From the IMG/VR virus record IMGVR_UViG_3300021431_004083, positions 128,001-192,000 of that record: a DNA stretch of 64,000 nt. One strand, given 5' to 3'. The stretch comes from a virus (lineage: Duplodnaviria > Caudoviricetes). Both the position numbers and the translations under genes were made by a program. The stretch's first letter is position 1; each line of letters begins with the position of its first letter. Positions 59,937 through 64,000 of the stretch are shown here, piece after piece. The notes beneath the pieces were generated by a model. It worked only from the letters and a program-made list of their open reading frames with translations. It searched no databases and was not told where the DNA came from.

Positions 59937-60740
59937 TTAAAAGCCATCGTGCTCAACAACTTTATCATTAACAGGATTTGAACGCTCACGAGATGCCTGA
60001 AATGTATCCTGCACTTCAGGAAACGCTTTATCAAAAACAGCATCACCATTCGCCAAACACATCGTTTGATGACCAACGCCCATAAACTCAAATGACTTAA
60101 GCTCAGCAAGCTCAATATCCGCTCTTACAACCTTACGGTCATATTCAGGTAGCTCGTCGATAAACTCATTGTCCATAGCACGATTCTCCTCTTGAACGCA
60201 CCGAACGAAACTCTGATATGACGGTGCTGAAAACCGACGGTTCAACTCATCCTGCACATTGTCTCTGGCTTTTTCTACAGCGCCTATTTTCATATCACGA
60301 ACAGCCGTCTCAGGTAAGTCTTGGAACCTGAGGGGATGTTGTAAAAACTGAGTGACAGCGTCATCAAACGAAACAACAGGACGCTGCGGGTTTGACCTGA
60401 CGTCACGAATAGCGGCACGCCACACACGCCTCTCAAATTCACTGTTATACAATAAAATATTATCGTCATAAACATAGACGTCGTCGTTTTGAGCATCATA
60501 AGCCGACTGATTGCCGACCGGACACAAAAAAGACTCCTCGTGCATAGATGACGTACCCTTGACAGGAGAATTAGGCTCCTCCCATGGGTGTTTCTTCAAA
60601 AAAGCATTTACTTTTGATATTGCCTGCGAAGCATGATTTGCGACAGCGCAATAAACGCTGCCAAAAGCAGTGCAAACATCATTGTCAACATCACCAAAAT
60701 TATAGCCCTTAACGATATACCAAAGTCTATTCTTTTCCAT
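59937..60740 (-). CDS. Hypothetical protein
   Basis: RBS gagggg; ~267 aa. Confidence 0.6.
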   Translation of the reverse strand: MEKNRLWYIVKGYNFGDVDNDVCTAFGSVYCAVANHASQAISKVNAFLKKHPWEEPNSPVKGTSSMHEESFLCPVGNQSAYDAQNDDVYVYDDNILLYNSEFERRVWRAAIRDVRSNPQRPVVSFDDAVTQFLQHPLRFQDLPETAVRDMKIGAVEKARDNVQDELNRRFSAPSYQSFVRCVQEENRAMDNEFIDELPEYDRKVVRADIELAELKSFEFMGVGHQTMCLANGDAVFDKAFPEVQDTFQASRERSNPVNDKVVEHDGF

Positions 60741-60861
60741 ACAAACACAACCCCTCAATTCTATCTAAATACAATATATAACAAAACAAAAAATCCGTCA
60801 ATAAAAAAATAGAGCGCCGTTCTAAACGACGCTCCAATAAATCAAACAACAAAGGAAACAT

Positions 60862-61080
60862 TTATATATTTATACGATAACCGATAAACGAAGATAACCA
60901 CTTATAATTTTTATCCAACGCTCTTGCCGCTAACACATAACTGCCGTCTTGGGTAAAAATTTTACGATAAGACACGTTCACTTCAACCATATTTCTATTA
61001 ACTGATATCACAGGTACATCTTCATACTTCGTCCAACCGCCCTTTTCGTTCTTATCACAGAATAATAAAACCGAAATCAA
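60862..61080 (-). pseudogene. Out-of-frame FN3-like C-terminal remnant of the upstream dockerin gene
   Basis: KNEKGGWTK and ARALDKNYKWLSSF resemble the last FN3-like repeat of 46364-49156; no RBS; overlaps the 61055 stop. Confidence 0.5.
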
Positions 61081-62209
61081 AAGGTGTATACATTCCTATA
61101 AGATGACGTTGAATCAACGCCGCGTCAACAATGGTCACATCACCGTCTCTATCAACATCCGCCGCAATTTTATTGAACGACGGAACAGACAAACCGACAA
61201 TATGACGTTGCAAGACAGTCACGTCGACCACAGTTAAACTACCATCGCCATCAACATCACCGATAGTGATATATTCAGGTATAGTGACCTTATAGCCTTG
61301 CACATCATAAAAACTCAAGAAAGTAGACTCATCATCGCTGACGCATCTGATTGAAAACTTATACGAACCTACGGTATCAGGATGATAGTCAAACTGCGTA
61401 TCTGCGGTACAACCGATACGCTCCCAACCGTTTTCTGTTTTCTCATAAATGGCATACTTAGGGGAACCCTTAACAGCCTTCCATGAAAAATGAATATCAT
61501 TACTGCCAAGCGTAAGCTCGACAGAATCAAACACAGGATTCGGCAAATACGTCAACTCACGACCTCGGATAAAGTCCGTATAAAAAAGAGTACCTTCAGA
61601 GTTCATACCTCGAACCGTCACATTGTGCGTACCATACGGAATATCGGAAGTGACAAACGACGTACCTGACGTAGCACCGATTTTCTGCCACACACCGTTA
61701 TCATCCTTGTAATAAATACGATATTTTGACACGTCCGCCAAAGGCTTCCAGACGAATTTGACACCATCGGCTGTAATCGACGTCACAAACTCAGGAGGCG
61801 TTTGCCAAACCATTATCGCAGCGTCGCTCAATCCTGTAACAGCTGTCTTATAGGCCGCATCCGTAACCTGAACAGCGAACTTATATGTGCCGGGATACGT
61901 CGGCTTATAAACATAAGACAACTTGTCAGTAAAAGCAATACGTGACCACTCTTCAATATCGTCCCTATACACAAAAAGCGCATAGCGAACAGGCGCGCTT
62001 GACGGTAAACCGTACGCGGCGACAGCACTCCATTTCACATGGATACCGGATGCGTCACTGCTGCTAAACGATACCTTGACAGGGTTCGAAACAACAGAAG
62101 AAGAAGACAGCTTTATCGGATGAATATCAGACTCAGCTGAAACAGAAACAGCCCCGATTGAACTCACGATCAGACATAAAACAAAAATAAACGATAAAAA
62201 ACGTTTCAC
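61055..62209 (-). CDS. Secreted FN3-like x3 + dockerin protein
   Basis: Signal peptide; three W...Y..Y...W..I repeats; GDVDGDGSLTVVDVTVLQRHI / ADVDRDGDVTIVDAALIQRHL. Confidence 0.8.
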   Translation of the reverse strand: MKRFLSFIFVLCLIVSSIGAVSVSAESDIHPIKLSSSSVVSNPVKVSFSSSDASGIHVKWSAVAAYGLPSSAPVRYALFVYRDDIEEWSRIAFTDKLSYVYKPTYPGTYKFAVQVTDAAYKTAVTGLSDAAIMVWQTPPEFVTSITADGVKFVWKPLADVSKYRIYYKDDNGVWQKIGATSGTSFVTSDIPYGTHNVTVRGMNSEGTLFYTDFIRGRELTYLPNPVFDSVELTLGSNDIHFSWKAVKGSPKYAIYEKTENGWERIGCTADTQFDYHPDTVGSYKFSIRCVSDDESTFLSFYDVQGYKVTIPEYITIGDVDGDGSLTVVDVTVLQRHIVGLSVPSFNKIAADVDRDGDVTIVDAALIQRHLIGMYTPFDFGFIIL

Positions 62210-62415
62210 AACAAAACACCCCTTTAAATTATCTCATACTTGCGTACAAATACCAAGAACGGCTAATCCTATATCAACAAACAACATACTATATGTTTCA
62301 TGACACGGAGATTCCCCCTTCACGAAACATATTTCTCTCAATAACATAATAACAAGAAAAATACCGACTGTCAACAAGAAAAGCAAAAAGTCCGAGGAAA
62401 ACCCCGGACCTACTA

Positions 62416-64000
62416 TTAATAATTAAGTTGATTATGAGACTGATTATTACCCGCATCAGGTACATCAGGAACCCTACGAGAATCTATATCAGCGGCAGGT
62501 TCGTCGAATTGATTCGGCTTCAAACCGAAAGCGTCAAGAAACCGCTGAACCTCTTTACTCTCACCGTAAAAATCCCGTTTCAAACCGTGACGAGACATCG
62601 TTTTCTTATAATCCTCTCTGAGACCTTTGGACATATGCTCACCGCCATGACAAGCCGCCTCGAAATACTTATCGATTTCCGATTTCGGCGTACCCGTAAG
62701 ACGGAACGCGACGCCCATCGCCACGCTGTTCTTCGCAGGGAAATTAGAGAAATACGAATACTTAATTGTCTGATTATACTTATCATCCAAGAAAGGTTTA
62801 TATAAATCTCTTTTACCCTCAGGCATATATTCTAATGCCTTCTCAAGATTCAAACAATCCATAACGGATTGGATATGATACGGAATATCCCCGTCGCTGA
62901 GATAATCCCGCGCGTCTTGCGAACCAGTATGCGTCTGACTTATCATCTCAGTATGATAATCACGCAACTTCGGTAAAGGATAATGCTCGAACCCAACAAA
63001 AGGCGTCTTGACAACAGCCGACGCATCGACTTCTGTATCCTTAATGTTTCTGTAATTCCTTATCAAATGCCCCTGATAAGTTAATTGCGTAGACGCCACT
63101 AAATTACCATCCGTACCCTTTACATAATTCCGCTGATAATCGTCCGCCAAATGACGAGACGGCGCCTCACCTGAAGGCATACGGGTAAATACAGTCATAT
63201 CGCAACCGGAATAACAAAACTTGTCTTCGTCACCGTTCTGATATGCGCCTGCTTTGAGCATAGCGTTCGTCTTCGGGTCATGCATGATGACACAACGAAC
63301 AGCCTTATCCTTTGTCCACGGCGCGTCACACTTAACGTCAATAGGACGGTCAAGTACTTTTTCGAAACCATTCGCTTCAAGAATCTTCATAGCATCGTCA
63401 TAAGACGTACCGCTATGTATCTCGCGTACAGCATAATCGACCTTTAAAGGCTTGATGTTCTTTATAATAAGCAACGACGCCTGTTCATAAGGCAAAAGAG
63501 CAGAATTCCCGTCAAAACTGGCGCCGGACGTCACTGCGAGGGGAGCACCGACCAAACCCTCTACAGGATTTAATGCTGTTTGTTGATTAACATAATCAAC
63601 CATTCTCACATCTCTTTGTTTGATACAAGAAAGGAGCGTCGCCATATCGTTATCACAATATTCATAGGCTGATACAAGTTGATCTCCGCGAATGTTCATG
63701 TCATCGAGTCCGAGAAGGCTCATACGACCGACCATCAAATGAGAACCGAGACCACCTGTTCTTCGCCACTCAGCCGCCGCTTCTGTATCAATCTCATACG
63801 CATGATACAAAATAGAGTCGTAAATCTTCGCGGCGTCCTCGTTACCCTCCGTCATCTGAGCACGAAACAAAACAGCATTATCAGGATACATAAGCTTTGC
63901 GCGCTGTATCGATTGTCTTGTATACGAGTCGGATTCGTATTTCATATCAGGAGAAGAAAGGAAATCCAACGTCTTGCACAATATCGTATCGATATTATCA
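62416..64000 (-). CDS. Large hypothetical protein (5'-partial) with RRVPDV C-terminal tail
   Basis: Frame is open to the window edge; at least 521 aa. Confidence 0.7.
   Translation of the reverse strand, partial: DNIDTILCKTLDFLSSPDMKYESDSYTRQSIQRAKLMYPDNAVLFRAQMTEGNEDAAKIYDSILYHAYEIDTEAAAEWRRTGGLGSHLMVGRMSLLGLDDMNIRGDQLVSAYEYCDNDMATLLSCIKQRDVRMVDYVNQQTALNPVEGLVGAPLAVTSGASFDGNSALLPYEQASLLIIKNIKPLKVDYAVREIHSGTSYDDAMKILEANGFEKVLDRPIDVKCDAPWTKDKAVRCVIMHDPKTNAMLKAGAYQNGDEDKFCYSGCDMTVFTRMPSGEAPSRHLADDYQRNYVKGTDGNLVASTQLTYQGHLIRNYRNIKDTEVDASAVVKTPFVGFEHYPLPKLRDYHTEMISQTHTGSQDARDYLSDGDIPYHIQSVMDCLNLEKALEYMPEGKRDLYKPFLDDKYNQTIKYSYFSNFPAKNSVAMGVAFRLTGTPKSEIDKYFEAACHGGEHMSKGLREDYKKTMSRHGLKRDFYGESKEVQRFLDAFGLKPNQFDEPAADIDSRRVPDVPDAGNNQSHNQLNY

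Larger units (their letters stand above)
1..64000. mobile_element. Segment of a large plasmid-, phage-plasmid- or ICE-like element from a Ruminococcus-like host
   Basis: Phage/plasmid-type replication genes (D5 helicase, PolB, PrimPol, SNF2, VRR-NUC), many small orphan ORFs, no chromosomal housekeeping operons, and dockerin proteins. Element ends are not in the window. Confidence 0.8.

Noticed and set aside
1-64000. tRNA/rRNA genes, IS elements, integrase, relaxase or T4SS genes
   Set aside because: No recognisable cloverleaf, rRNA, transposase, tyrosine recombinase or VirB4/VirD4 motifs were seen; they may lie outside the window.

Overview
This 64-kb window is a segment of a large mobile or extrachromosomal replicon (megaplasmid, phage-plasmid or very large ICE) from a gut Clostridia host. 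Five Ruminococcus-style dockerins point to an R. bromii-like host (inference). The left arm (1-35.0 kb, almost all + strand) carries a self-contained replication and repair kit: D5/SF3 helicase, family-B DNA polymerase, NYN nuclease, VRR-NUC, SNF2 helicase, SSB-like protein, stand-alone primase-polymerase, RarA, Ung and UvrD. It also carries its own ClpP and a ClpP-docking Clp ATPase in a MoxR-AAA/VWA/Clp/UvrD operon, a stand-alone NrdD glycyl-radical domain, an RNase A-like toxin domain and an NPKTG protein with sortase B. The right arm (35.0-64 kb, - strand) is accessory: secreted and dockerin proteins, lipoproteins, HEPN-CBS, a DEDDh exonuclease, NT5C, and a six-gene surface-fibre-like cluster (50.5-56.9 kb). 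No capsid, terminase, integrase, relaxase/T4SS, rRNA, tRNA or CRISPR array was recognised, so the element class cannot be fixed from this window. The most novel-looking signals are the WxL/fimbria-analogous cluster, the dockerin-tagged non-CAZyme cargo, a shared C-terminal R-rich/Pro/acidic tail on unrelated cytoplasmic proteins, a dispersed non-coding repeat and a strand skew that ignores gene direction. All family assignments come from motifs read by eye, not from database searches.
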